From Eledone cirrhosa (lineage: Eukaryota): 64,000 nucleotides of DNA. The DNA lies in assembly GCA_964016885.1 (NCBI GenBank), contig OZ024743.1, forward strand, positions 91,078,001 through 91,142,000. The letters run 5' to 3'. Below are positions 44,252 through 57,769 of the stretch, in pieces. The notes beneath the pieces are model-generated. The model was not told where the DNA came from and did no database searches. It saw only the letters and a program-made list of their open reading frames with translations. The position numbers were made by a program, and so were the translations under genes. Position 1 is the first letter of the stretch, and every line of letters begins with the position of its first letter.

Positions 44252-45392
44252 TTGTTATGCCACCCTCCCACTGTTTTTAGAAACTTAGTAAATAATATCA
44301 GTACTAGAATCTCAAATCTCTCCTCTAATAAGGCTATCTTTGACAGAGCGCCACCCTACTATAACACGGCGTTAGCTAACATCGGCTTCTCGCAACCCAT
44401 CACTTACTCTCCCACTAACAACAACAGCAATAAGAAAACTAAGCGTAACAATAGACAAACTATCTGGTTCTCTCCTCCCTTCTCACTCAACGTTACAACC
44501 AATGTAGGCCAAAAAATGTTAGCCCACTTAGATAGACACTTTCCCATAGGTCATAAATACCGCTCCATCTTTAACCGACACAAAGTAAAACTATGATACT
44601 CCTGCGCTAAGAACATGAAGGCCCACATCACCAACAGCCCAAAGAGCAACACCCCACTGGGTGCTCTTGCCGTAAGCCCGAAGCTTGTCCCCTTCAACAG
44701 CAATGCAACACACCCGCTGTAGTTTATGAAGCTGTGGTCACTTCCAACCGACCAAATAAACCACAGGAGGTCAAATCCTATGTGGGTATAGCGGAGGGCC
44801 GATTTAAGGAACGCTTCCTGAACCACCAGTCGACCTTTAGGTACCAGTCGACCTTTAGGTTCATCCACGAAATTCGCGAGCCACTTATGGTCCCTCGAGG
44901 ACTCAAGTATATACTACTCCATTCAATGGAAAGCCATCACTAAGTCCAAGCCATACGCAAGGGGCAGTCCGTCGTGTGGACTATGTATTGATGAACGAAT
45001 AAATATTCTAAAGATATTGTGCAATAGTGATTGCCTAAACACGAGAAATGAATTCTTCACATGTTGTCCACACGTCTGGAAACACCTCTTACATAACTAC
45101 AAAGCTCCGGATTGAATTACAATATCCTAATTTTCTTATCAACTAGAAACTTTCGGACTTTCGCAGTTATCTCCCTTACACCTCTCGCACGCAATTTAGT
45201 ATTGCGCATGCGTGTTCGTACGGTTGTCCTTCCTGTTCCGTATAACCATGTCCATTACGAGTTGAGGATCCGCTAAGGTGAAACAATTGTTCTCGGTATG
45301 GTGAACTAACTGTTGTGTAACCACTTCTACCTAACTCGTCCCATGGACTGAGTGCTCTACCACTACGGATATTACCTTCCAGTGTTCTACCA

Positions 45393-45395
<3 letters not shown>
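44252..45395 (+). mobile_element. 5'-truncated Penelope-like element: RT thumb, GIY-YIG and pLTR
   Basis: HPPTV..ISTRISNLSSN, IWFSPPFSLNVTTNVG..LDRHFP, YVGIAEGRFKERFLNHQSTF, CGLC, CLNTRNE..CPH; 3' pLTR homologous to 26648-27243. Confidence 0.88.
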
Positions 45396-45458
<63 letters not shown>

Positions 45459-45508
45459 TTAATATATAAAGGAACAAAGAATCAGTGTTGCATCATATAA
45501 TATTTATT

Positions 45509-45600
45509 ACATATTACATATGTTTCACTGTCGATCAGCTCGAGGAACGATCTATTAATGATCGAACCTGACTCTGGAATCGAAAGCTCCTCAGATATGT
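45509..45600 (-). ncRNA. Type I hammerhead with extended stem II
   Basis: Minus strand: acatat-CTGAGGA-gctttcgat...atcgacagt-GAAA-catatg-TA^-atatgt; related 5'-clipped motif at 44170-44250 (gccgc...gtggc-GAAA-cgcgcg-TC). Confidence 0.75.
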
Positions 45601-47209
45601 TTTAATATGCAGGCTCGCGTCTGAGACTGTCTGAATATTTTCTGAAATCCTTCTTATAAGTTACCACATTTTCTAACATAGTGGTATTCAGCTGTACTTG
45701 CTCATTGGTTAAATAACAGCGGGGTCTCTTTATAAATTAACAGCTATTCTCACCATCCTGGTCAAATCGTCCCGTGCATTCATGCACGTCGACCTGTCTG
45801 TCTAGCTTCCACTGTCACATTGTTTGAAGTCATCATTAAGGAGATAAGGCAATACGAGAATGCGTTGGTGGTAAAAAGTAAGGGGTGGGGGAGTTAAGAT
45901 AAAGGAATAAAAAAAATAATTAAAACAATATAAATGAAAAAATAAAACTATGTGTTAAGGGCCAAACTGACTACGATATAGCCGATAAGGAGATAAAATA
46001 AAACAAAAACAAAAAATGAGGAACAATATATTATAGACATAATTGTTTCTACTTTTGGCACAAGGCCAGCAATTACCCAGTGCATTACTGGTACTTTATT
46101 TTATCGACCCCGTAAGGATGAAAGGCAAAGTTAACTTCGGCGGGATTTGAACAGCGACGTAACTCTATGCTTCAAAGCATGGCGTCCGACTATCTACCGA
46201 TACTGCCAATCCACCGCCCAATATATTATAGACATAATAAAGCATACATTCGCACAAAAACACATACTTACCCTTACGTATGTAGCAAGCAATGGCACTA
46301 TTTTATCGCTGCGGAGTAATTTGGTCGTGCTTTGTCACTCGCCAGCCTTTGGGGTTGGTGGTGTAGGAATACTAAGAACGACTTCCGTTCATCAGTTGCT
46401 TCGCGCCTTTTTTGAGTTCTAGCTAACAGTTGCGTTTTGGACTCGTCGACACCAGACCTCACAAATGGCTTCCCCGGTCGAGGCACTATCTTTCAAAACT
46501 ACCTAACCGTTGCATTTAGCATTTGGTCGACACCAGCAGCTCGTAGTGGCTTCCCTACTCCTGTGACTTTACTCTCTCTTACAATGAGAGTAGTTTCATT
46601 ATACGGCTTTTAGGAGATTTACCGTTACCGACAACTTGGTTCCAAAGTACTTGCCTTTAAGAGATTTGCCATTACACGCCAGCTTTGTTACATAAAATAT
46701 CTGTACCACTTCACACTCTTTGTACATGCGTTCACTTCAAGCAAAAATAAATCTTTATTATGTTTTGAAATATGCCCTATGATCTTTTCCGCTACGAATA
46801 CAGAATACAGCTCAAGTTCTAAACGCTAAACGTATATATACACACCCACATAAATACAAATACATATATACACATACATGTATCCAGTGGCGGACTGGCC
46901 AGGTTGCCCAATGGCAAGTGAGCGCCAGGGGCCCACGGTAGCATTGCAAGGCCCACTGTAGTATTTTAGGAGCCAATGCTTTGCTTTCAAAAAATACATG
47001 GAATCTAAGAGAAAGAATAAACAGTTTAACAAAATAAATAACAATTAAGCAAAGCATTTGGTCAACCAATTCTCCAGGGAATTAATAGAAACCAAAATAT
47101 ATAACAGTGCAAATAACTGGAATCAGTGGTTGTACATTCTACTAAATCTAAAGCTTAGTGTATTCGTTTATGCATGAAAAGATACATATATATAGACACA
47201 GACATACAA

Positions 47210-47261
<52 letters not shown>

Positions 47262-47341
47262 TTACACACGAACTACTGACCAAATAATATTTGGTATCAA
47301 TGGGTTAAAGACATCTGTCAAATCAATTAGTTGTGAAGGTG

Positions 47342-47413
<72 letters not shown>

Positions 47414-47538
47414 CGAAAAGAGGCAGACACGTCCGAGCCACGCGAAAATAAATATTTGCTCTACCGTTCTTATATATTTGATATATATTTATCCTTATCG
47501 AGCCCTCTTTGGATTTTAGTCTTCAAATTTATTATTAT

Positions 47539-47599
<61 letters not shown>

Positions 47600-48565
47600 T
47601 GAAAATAGACCGAGACACGACTGTCCATCATCAGTAGTCTGCTGGTTATCATTGTGATGCCTAAATTAAGTTATCGGGACAGAGCGAATAGAAAAAAAGT
47701 AAACAAACAACATGGTAGTAAAGCAACGTAAAGAGAGGAGAAGAGAGACAAGTCAATGAATCTTGTGGGCTTAAGTCCGAACATATCAAATGGCGAGAAG
47801 AGGCAGACACGTCCGAGCCACGCGAAAAGTGAGAGAGAAAAGAATTTCACTCAGGTCAGACGGGAGGAAGTGAGAGAGGGGGAATAGCAGAGAGTGAGTG
47901 AGTGAAAGTATGAGGGAGAGGCCAGGTGAGAGAGTGGGTAACCAGCAGAGGGGTGAATGAAAGCAAGAGCTACAAGGAGAGAGAGAGGGGGGGGGAGAGG
48001 ATAGCAGTAAGGTGACAGAAAAAATACGAACCACAGCGAGGGGAAAAAAATATATGTGAATGAAAAATGGCGTGCTGCGTTGTTGCGTATGTAAATATAT
48101 GAATGAAAATAGAACGAGACACGACTGTCCATCATCAGTAGTCTGCTGATTATCATTAGTATTTCTTCGCATTAAAGACTAGATACCTAAAATCAGTGCG
48201 AGCGATTTTATCGGGACAGAGCGAAAAGAAAAAAAGTAAACAAACAACATGGTAGTAATGCAACGTAAAAAGAGGAAAAGTGAGAGAGAAAAGAATTTCA
48301 CACAGGTCAGACATATATATATATATATTGAGTGAGTGTGAAAGACCAAAGGCCATTATTGAAAGTCTCTGGATTTCGCAAAATATATATTTTTTATTGG
48401 AGAAGGTAAGATATTTTTCCGCCAAAATTTGATTGCACTGTTTTGTCTCCGCTTATGTATTTTTTGAAAATGTTATTTATTCATTATAAAAATTAAATGG
48501 TAGCATTCTATATGTAGGTGGGCCCTCTTTATCTGGCAACCAATATTTTTAGACCTAGTCCGCCA

Positions 48566-48625
<60 letters not shown>

Positions 48626-48712
48626 ATAATAATAAATTTGAAGACTAAAATCCAAAGAGGGCTCGATAAGGATAAATATATATCAAATATATAAGAACCG
48701 TAGAGCAAATAT

Positions 48713-50029
48713 TTATTAAAATAACAGATTAAAGTTTAAGCAAAGAATCGCTGCTTACACCCTTAACGGGATCTTCTGAAACTAACAAAGTCAATCTGTG
48801 AACGCAGAAGTAAATATTTCAAAAAACGTTGCAACCGGAGGAAGACAGGAAGACGATAGTTTCTAGCATAGTTACATCCCTTTACAATCTGAGTTCAAAT
48901 CCCGCCAAGGTTAACTTTGCCTTTCATCCTTACGGGGTCGATAAAATAAAGTACCAGTAATGTACTGGGTAATTGCTAGCCTTGTGCCTAAAGTAGAAAC
49001 AATTATTTGGAGCGGTGAAAAATAATTACTCGCAAAGACAGAACCACGTTTATGGTTGTATATGTTATGGCGTATATATTATATATTCTGGTACATATGC
49101 TTTTGGTTATGTGTATACGTGAGTTTTGCATCTGTGTGAGTATGCAGGTTCGTACGTATGTAGGGTGTGTGTATATGTGTACTTCGTGTTTTGGTTGACA
49201 TACGTCTCCGAACATATGTGTGTTTACATATAGGTGTGTGTGTGCGCTTGTTATATACGTATTTATTTATTTATATACGTTTATTTAATTATTTGTATAC
49301 ACGCACACACAGACACACATATATATGTTTTATATATATTTTTTGTGTATTTGGTGTATACATTCGTATGCGTGCGTGCGGGTACATGCGTTGCGTGGGT
49401 TCTGTATGTGCGTGCGGTTTTTTTTTGGGGGGGGGGGGGGTTGTGTGTGTACGTGCGTATATTTGTATACCTATGGCGAGTGTTTTCGCGTATGCTTGTG
49501 TTTGTACGTATATGGATGCGTGTATGTATTTATTTAATTTCAATTACCTCTGTATTTTATTTACTTTATTCTTAACTCTGAAGCCGAGAATCATTCGGTT
49601 TCCTAGTTAGAATTTTAGTCTACGACTTCAGCTATACCATTTACGTGGTTTTGTCTTTGCGTGCAATTGTTCTCCTAGATCCACATATGACGTATTATCT
49701 TCGTTTTTTCCGTTCATTGCCAGAGAACGTCTCTATGAACCACCTAATAGAATATTAGTATACGACTTCTTTTATACCATAAACGTGGTTTTGTCTTTGC
49801 GTGTAATTGTTTTTCACCGCTCCAAATAATGACGTATTATATTCGTTTTTTTTTTTCCGTTCTTTGCTAGGGAACGTTACCACGAACCAAAGTATCGTCT
49901 TCCTGTCTTCCTCCGGTTGCAACGTTTTTTGAAATATTCACTTCTGCGTTCACAGATTCATTTTGTTAGTTTCAGAAGATCCCGTTAAGAGTGAAAGCAG
50001 CGATTCTTTGCTTAAACTTTAATCTGTTA

Positions 50030-50035
<6 letters not shown>
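48713..50035. repeat. Long inverted repeat (pLTR-like) with a SINE inserted in the left arm
   Basis: 48713-48860 is the reverse complement of 49892-50035, and 49003-49058 of 49775-49830; same sequence at 30915-31032; 47450-47543 is the reverse complement of 48622-48715. Confidence 0.75.
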
Positions 50036-50119
<84 letters not shown>

Positions 50120-50253
50120 TAGAAGTTGTATTCAATTTGTTGGAAGTCCGACAAATATAAATGTTTATAACTGATTTAGAGCACTCAACAGATTACTGGA
50201 GTAAATATTCAATGATATTAAATAAATGGAAACTATATTTATAAAACCATATT

Positions 50254-50318
50254 TATTTTATTATATATATTTCAAGGGCAACCAAGACAACATTGGTACG
50301 CTTTCATCAGATAAAATA
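50254..50318 (-). ncRNA. Type I hammerhead, left arm of a ~265-bp palindrome
   Basis: Minus strand: tattttat-CTGATGA-aagcgtaccaa..ttggttgccctt-GAAA-tatata-TA^-ataaaata. Confidence 0.75.
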
Positions 50319-50445
50319 CAAAGTTTATTTTATAAATAGAGACGTACCCATGAAAATCATACCTTATCGGTTGACTATCCAGTGAATTTCCAACCGATAA
50401 GGTATGATTTTCATGGGTACGTTTCTAATTATAAAACAAACTTTG

Positions 50446-50510
50446 TATTTTATCTGATGAAAGCGTACCAATATTGTCTTGGTTTCCCTTGAAATATATA
50501 TAATAAAATA
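50446..50510 (+). ncRNA. Type I hammerhead, right arm of the same palindrome
   Basis: tattttat-CTGATGA-aagcgtaccaa..ttggtttccctt-GAAA-tatata-TA^-ataaaata. Confidence 0.75.
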
Positions 50511-50619
50511 AATATATATATATAATGCCAATCATTGTAAGTTTGAATCTAACTGACATGCAAAAATATATATATAGGAATAAGATATAAGCACAAATCA
50601 TAGTAAATTCAAATATCAC

Positions 50620-50674
<55 letters not shown>

Positions 50675-50789
50675 AGGGATGGGGAGAAATGAGGTGGAAC
50701 AGAAATGAAACATAGATTGCAGGTTAAAATGTAGTCTAGATAGATAAGAAACAAAACGAGGATGTTGTTTATGGAACACCTAAATGATT

Positions 50790-51255
50790 TAGAAGTCGAC
50801 CTTAAGTAGGAGCAATAACATTAAGAAAGGCATGAACGACACCACATCATTTTGTTTTGAAAATTTTGAAAGTAGGTTTATAAGTATGAATTTTCGTAAG
50901 ATTTTTGTAGTTGTCTCAGTGGCCTAGCGATAGGTACTAGAGACCGTGGGGATCCTGGCCTCGGCTTCAATCCTGATAAAGAGACACATGTAGCCATTTT
51001 CAGTTTTTATTTTACAACCAATAGAAAAAAAACTGAAAAGATTTACGGGGAACCTACTCCCGACCAGGATCGAACTTCAGACAAGGTTGACCACCTTTTA
51101 TGATTCCTCCAACTAGGCCACCGAGACAGCTGCAATGAAAATTATAATGAAAATTCATAATTATAAACCTACTTTCAAAATCAAAATTAAAAGATGTGGT
51201 GTCGTTCATGGCTTTCCTAGAGCTATTAGTAATATTTAGGGTCGACTTCTGGTCA
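50790..51255. repeat. Diverged inverted repeat containing tRNA-like (SINE head) sequence
   Basis: 50790-50930 approximates the reverse complement of 51110-51255; TGGCCTAGTTGG...GTTCGATCC on minus. Confidence 0.55.
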
Positions 51256-51493
51256 TTATTGAAAGTCTCTGGATTTCGCAAAATATATAATACTTTTTAT
51301 TGGAGAAGGTCAGATATTTTTCCACAAAAATTTGATTGCAGTGTTTTGTTTCCTTTTATGTATTTTTCTAAAATGTTATTTATTCATTATAAACACTGAA
51401 TGATAGCATTCTATATGTAGGTGAGCCCCCTTCATCTCCTGGCAACCAATATTTTTAGACCCAGTTCACCACTGCATATATCTATATATCTAT

Positions 51494-51534
<41 letters not shown>

Positions 51535-54500
51535 CACACACATACATACACACACACACACACACACAGCCTCACAAATACTTAGGCAAATATTCTGACG
51601 CTCTACCGATACTACTAATCCACCCCTTTTATAATGCTTACAGAACGAAAACACATATAAATATATACAAATATAAACGTATAAAAGGGAGAAAAAAACA
51701 TACGGGGTGGGAGTGGGGTGGCAATTCCCCACCAAGTGCGATAATCGACCGTACATCCCATCATAAGGGTGGAAATCAGTACAATTCGGTTGCTAAATTA
51801 AAATAAAAGAAACATTAAAAGAAAATCGAGTAAAATTTTAATGAAGCACAATATAAATAGTATACAAGAACTGCCATCACTTTTGCAACCTCGACGGGAT
51901 TTGAAATCAGAACGCAAAGACTCGGAACAAATACTACTACACATTTGTCCGACCTTCTAAGGATGCTGCCAATCTACCTCCCTAGACAAGTGTAATAATT
52001 GTTTCTACATTTGATACAAAGCCAGCAATTCGCGTCAACCCTTAACTAGGGTCATGAATCTTGGGTAATGACCGAAAGAATACGATCGTGAATACAAGCA
52101 GCCGTAATGTGGTTCCTCCGAAGGGTCTTGGGAGTAACGTTACTCAATAGAATGCGTAGCTCAGAGATCAGAGCATCATTTTAGGTAGAGACGCTACTTC
52201 TCCGAATTGAAAGATCACAGCTCCGATATTATCAGCATGTAGATTTTACGGGCAAAATCAAGAAGAAAGGTAATGTGGATTAAATCAACCCAAAGCGTTA
52301 CAGGTAATTTATTTTATCGACCTCGTTAAGGAGGAAAGGCAAAGCTAACCTCAGCAAAATTTGAACTCAGAATGTAAAGGGTCGTAACTCTATGCCACAA
52401 CTCTGCCAATCCATCCGCCCTTGACAGGTGAATTAAGGGGTTTTTATTTAGGCACAATGCCAACAATGTTGAAGGGAAGGGGAAAGTCAATTAAATCGAT
52501 CCCAGTGCGTAACTAGTACTGTATTTTATCGACTCCGTAAGGATGAAAGGCAAAGCTAACCTCGGCGGGATTGGAACTCAGAACGTAAACGGCCGTAACT
52601 CTATGCTGCGAAACATGTTGTCCGACTCTCTACCGATTCTACCAATAATAAACATTAAGCTGATTGCCATCTTGAGATGTAGGGTTATAGAGATTCACAT
52701 CTTCATCTTGGAATCAGACTGTAATTGAGTTTCATGCTAGACATCTTGCCTCTTTTGTAGCATGCGTTTTAAACCTATCTCGCAAGTTGCGCTGTTTCAT
52801 GTACTAGGATTTTTTCAACACGCTGACGCGTATGTGTGTATATGTGCACATGCATACATTTATATGTATGAGTATATAAATATAAACGCGCAAACACAGA
52901 CACACAAAAATACACTCACAGACATACATTCACACAAACACACACATACTTTTACAAAAGCACATACACATACACGCAGCGTAGTAAATGGAACGCCAGC
53001 CGCTGTTTTGCTATAGTTTTTTCATAATCTCCTTCCTTCTTTTTGCACACACATACATTCACACACACACACACACACATTGTGTGACGGACGGAGGGAA
53101 GTCGCTCAAATTTATATATAGATTTGGGCCTTTCTTTGTTTATCATGCAACATGTAGTCACTCATTATTTCTTCGGTATTGGCAGTATCGGTAGAGGGTC
53201 GGACGCCATGCTTTGGCGCAAAGAGTTATGGCCCTTTCCATTCTGAGTTCAAATCCCGCCGAGGTTAACTTTGCCTTTCATCCTTACGGGGTCGATAAAA
53301 TAAAGTACCAGTAATGTACTGGGAAATTGCTGGCCTTGTGCCAAAAGTAGAAACAATTATTTCTTCGGTGAATAGGCAGAATTGTTAAAGCGTCGAGTAA
53401 ATTGCTTTGCAGCATTTAGTTACGGCCCTTTACGTGCTGAGTTCAAACTTGCCGAGGTCAACTTTGCTTTTCATTTTTTTCAGGAGTCGATAAATTGACT
53501 GGAGTCGGTTTAATTGACTTCCCCTGCACTTCAAATTGCTGGTTCTGTGCCTTTGTGGTGTGCGGCCGATTGTCTCACTTTGTGGTGAATTGATATTTTT
53601 TTTTCTCGTTTTGATAATATATTTTAGTGCGGCACTATCGGTAGAGGGTCGGACACCTAGCTTTGCTGCATAGAGTTACCGCCCTTTACGGTCTGAGTTC
53701 AAATCCCGCCAAGGTTAACTTTCATCCTTACGGGGTTGATAAAATAAAGTACCAGTAATGCACTGGTATAATTGCTGGCTTTGTGCCAAATAGTAGAAAC
53801 AATTATATTTGTGAGGTTCCTAGAAATAAGTAATTGTATTTATTATGTGTTTATAGGCGGTGGATTGGCAGTAGTTCAAATCCCGCCGAGGTTGACTTTG
53901 CCTTTCATCCTTACGGGGTCGATAAAATAAAGTACCAGTAATGCACTGGGTAATTTGCTGGCCTTGTACCTAAAGTAGAAACAATTATGTGTTTATACTT
54001 TTATTCTATAAGAATTATAAAGAATTTGTAATGTTATTTATACAACTGTAAAAAAAAAGAAAATTATATAAGTGCAATGGATTGGCAGAATCGGCAGAGT
54101 GTCGAGCGGTAATTGTTCCGAATCAACTTTTCTTTTCTTCGTTCCAATAACGATAAAATAAAGAACAAATTAAGTATTGGGATCGATATGATTGTTTGCC
54201 TAAGGTCAATGCTGGAAAGAATTATTTCCTGTTCACTCATAAAACTGAACTGTGTTCATAAAACTACACCTCAGTGCGCAGGTGTGCCGCGAGATGTAAT
54301 TAAGTGTGCCGTGGGCACTACCATGCTATTAGCTGTCAGTCGTGAAAGCAGCCGATGAAAGCAGGGGAAGGTGACGTCATTCGTCAACCTTCTCAATCGT
54401 AAAACATCGTTTATTTCCGTATTACCACGTGTTTTTTTATTATTTTTTTTTTTATTAAAGCATATAATAATAGCATGGTAGTGCCGTGCAGGGAAAAAGC

Positions 54501-54963
54501 AACATCTATTTCAAAATATAAAAGGTAAAAATTGAAATTAAAATAAAGTGATGTCTGTGAGGGTGTCTGATTGTTTCAGCACCTTAGCCTCGCCATCACT
54601 CGTGGTCATTTTGCAAGCCTGTTGACTTGCCTCAAAGTGCTCCGTTCCGTTGACCCTTATAATGTGTGAGCGATTGTCGCACTTGGTGGTGAATTGTTGG
54701 TCAATTTTGTTTTTGCTTCACTCTTTTTTCTCTTTTTCTTTCTCTCGTTTTTAATTGTATTTGTTATATGCGTTTATCAACGACATTATATTTGTAATGT
54801 TATTTTGAAAAAATTGTGAGCAATTTGTAATGTCATTTATACAACAGTGAATAAAATATTTTTTATTGTAATAAAGTTCATATATAACTTATACGTTAAT
54901 ACCAAATCACAACAAATAAATAAATAACGCGTGTTACAAGGGAGATAATTATTACACTTATTA

Positions 54964-55030
54964 CCGCTAGATGTCGCCTTGTTGAAAGTTTTAACCAATC
55001 ACTGATAAGTGCTAAATATTTAAATCGTCC
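54964..55030 (+). promoter_or_regulatory. Putative promoter: CTCF-like motif, CCAAT box and CHR-like element
   Basis: CCGCTAGATGTCGCC at 54964, AACCAATCA at 54993-55001, TTTAAA at 55019-55024, 40-100 bp upstream of ATG 55066. Confidence 0.45.
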
Positions 55031-55065
55031 ATAATATCTGGTCTGTTTGCTTTTTATTTTCAATC

Positions 55066-55321
55066 ATGTCGGCCCATCAAACCGCATATAAATGTACGGA
55101 ACGTATTGAGCCCATAATTAAACGTCGCCTTCGCCGTTCGCAAGAATGGCGAAATAAACGTGATGAACTAGTTAACAGTAGACGCAAACTCGGTATGATG
55201 TCTCCTTGTACGGAATTAGATCTTTATTTAAATTCTTCTGCGGTGGAAAACACTTCACCGCCAGTTTCCGAGGAGAAGGAAAATAAGAAAATTAACCGAA
55301 AAGCTAAACTACAACAAAAGT
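55066..55321 (+). CDS. First coding exon of a host gene; N-terminus resembles DLGAP5/HURP-like mitotic spindle proteins
   Basis: AATC-ATG context, non-repetitive open frame MSAHQTAYK..IKRRLRRSQEWRNKRDELVNSRRKL..SP..SP..KEN, strong donor GTAAGT at 55322 (phase 1); family assignment from memory only. Confidence 0.6.
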
Positions 55322-56748
55322 GTAAGTTTTCTTTTTTTAAATATAGTTTTTCAATGAAACAAACATTTTATTATAATGACACAGGCGCTGGGAAAGAAAG
55401 TTGTATTCAAAATTTCCTTTGCTACAGCAGTAAACAACATTTGTATGAATTTTTGTGAAGGAATGTACCACCCGTGAAAATATTTATGTTAATCTTAATT
55501 CTATTAATGAGTTTGTTTATAAATAGTTCGTTTTTTTATCATTCCTTTTCAATGTTTTTTCGTTTTTTACTCCCGCCTTCATCCAAATGTTTCATTTTAT
55601 ACGTTAATATCAATAGCATCCTCAAAGGACATGAAATTCATATGGATCAAAGTTCTTGTTTATTTTTTATTTGCTATAAGGCGTTAAAACTTCGGCAGAG
55701 TTGTGTATATAAATAATAGGCTTCGTAGTCGTGTTTGTGTATAAGTTTGGAATACCAGGTTAAATAAATTATCTTGTCTCACTTAATAACTCTCTATCGT
55801 TCTAACCCCACCTCCACCTCTTTCGATCGATCTATCTATCTATCTATCTGTCTGCGTGTGTATATATATATATATATATATATATGTAGGTATGTTATGC
55901 TTTTGTTCCGTGTATGAACATAAATAAATAATATAATATATCAGCTCTCTTCCCGATTGAACACTTTTTTCACAACTATGGATATTTTCTGTGAGCTTCA
56001 ATGTGTAGAAAAAGGGTAGGTGGGTATTCCATACAGTATACTCAATGTAGACTGGACACGAGATCTAGTGGGATCACATATAGACTTCGTGTATGTGTGA
56101 ATTGAGAGAAAAGCTGAGTATAAGGAATTGAATGTACAAGGGAAACGGTTGCGCTATATGCATGTTATGCATAAGGAGAGCAAGAGCTGAATAATAGTGC
56201 TGAGCGCTTAACATGGATGGAATCTGTAGAAGAGGGAAACCAAGAAGCTGATCCAAACTGACTGGCGATACGCCATAATACTAAAGACTCGTCCACCAGT
56301 ACAAGCACAGAATTTACCAATTGAACAGAGAAAATGTAGGGTCTGTTCAGTCTGGCCTAAAATGTGACAACCTCTCTTGTGTTGATGACATGATAAAATG
56401 TATCCAGTATACCCTGTAAAGTGTTTGTGTTGGTGCCATGATTAAATGATCCCAGTCCACTGTAAAGTAGTAGTGCTGGTGCCACGAAAAATGCACCGAA
56501 TACACCCTCTAAGTTTTTGATGTTAGGAAGGACATCCAGCCGCAGTAATCATACCAAATATGGAATGTAACGAGTAAGATGGGTTGCTTTGACTCACCAA
56601 ATTTCACACTATGACGCTTTGTCTATACCAGCATGGAAAGTGAACACAGGTGCTAATAATTGTTTCTACTTTTGGCACAAGGCCAGCAATTAACCAGTGT
56701 ATTACTGGTACTTTATTTTATCGACCCCATAAGGATGAAAGGCAAAGT

Positions 56749-57064
56749 TCATTTCATCATTTCATTTTTACGTCCGCTTTTTCCCTGCTTGCAAGGGTGG
56801 GACGGGAACTGATTTTGGCTTGATTTCTACAGCTGGATGCCCTTCCTAACACCAACCTCATTTACAGTGAGTGCTGGGTGCTTTTTTGCAGTGGAATGAT
56901 AGGGACCCCAGTCTCTATCATCTCATTTCTACAGCTGAGTAAACTGGAGCAATGTGAAATAAAGTGTCTTGCTCAAGGAAACAACACATCACCCGGTCTG
57001 AGAATTGAACTCACAACCTTTCGATTGCAAGGCCAATGCTCTAACCACTAAGCCATGTGCCTCC
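56749..57064 (-). mobile_element. tRNA-derived CORE-like SINE with RTE-derived tail
   Basis: Reverse complement of 58929-59263 with a small internal deletion. Confidence 0.85.
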
Positions 57065-57769
57065 AAGTTAAAAAGAGTAATGTGTTTTTGTTTAACATTT
57101 AAGACATCATTATTAAAACAATGGTTCTAATAATTGTTTCTATTTTAGGCACAAGGCCAGCCATACCCAGTACATTGCTGGTACTTTATTTTATCGATCT
57201 CTTAAGGATAAAAGGCAAAGTTAACCTCGACAGAATTTTAACTCAGATCATAAAGGGACGTAACTCTATGCTTCAATGGTTCTAATAATGATGTCTTAAA
57301 TGTTAAACAAAAACATATTATTACTCTTTCGATATCAACCCACACCAAACAGCCTCTAGTTCTATGAAACAGAAAGCATTTGGGAGGACTTTTGGGTTAA
57401 GCTGGAATCCAACTTTAGATCAGCAAATAAAATGTTCTGGCAGACGATCTGCCGACTTTGTAATAAGAAGTCCCCCTCCCCCCTCACACCTATCAGGAAT
57501 GCGCCTGGAGTTTTCCTCTCTTCAGAGAGATGTATCCCCAAGAGGTGGAGAGAATACCTTCTCTATTTAAGGCTTTTAACATGTCAGGTTGAATTTCATT
57601 CTCCCCAGCAGCCTTGCCGCATTTGAGCTCTTTAATTGCTTTTGTGGCCTCAGCCTCCTAGAGGTTAATCATCACTCCGTGATGTAACTCGTGTAAATCA
57701 GAAGATATTGTTGTGATCAGATGACGTGGATATCTGGATTTTAAAGGGTTCCTATTTAAATTTAATTCT

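Larger units (their letters stand above)
46885..51474 (+). mobile_element. hAT-type non-autonomous DNA transposon with nested insertions and a duplicated right end
   Basis: TIR CAGTGGCGGACTGG at 46885; right ends AGTCCGCCACTG (48568) and CCAGTTCACCACTG (51474); 8-bp TSD CATGTATC/CATATATC. Confidence 0.6.

Noticed and set aside
49968-50008. CAGAAGA-tccc..agt-GAAA motif (also ~30950 and ~48750, minus)
   Set aside because: U4A core change and no stem I/III pairing in any copy
55322-55458. C-terminal 45 aa of the 130-aa ORF
   Set aside because: Read-through past a strong GTAAGT donor into T-rich intron sequence
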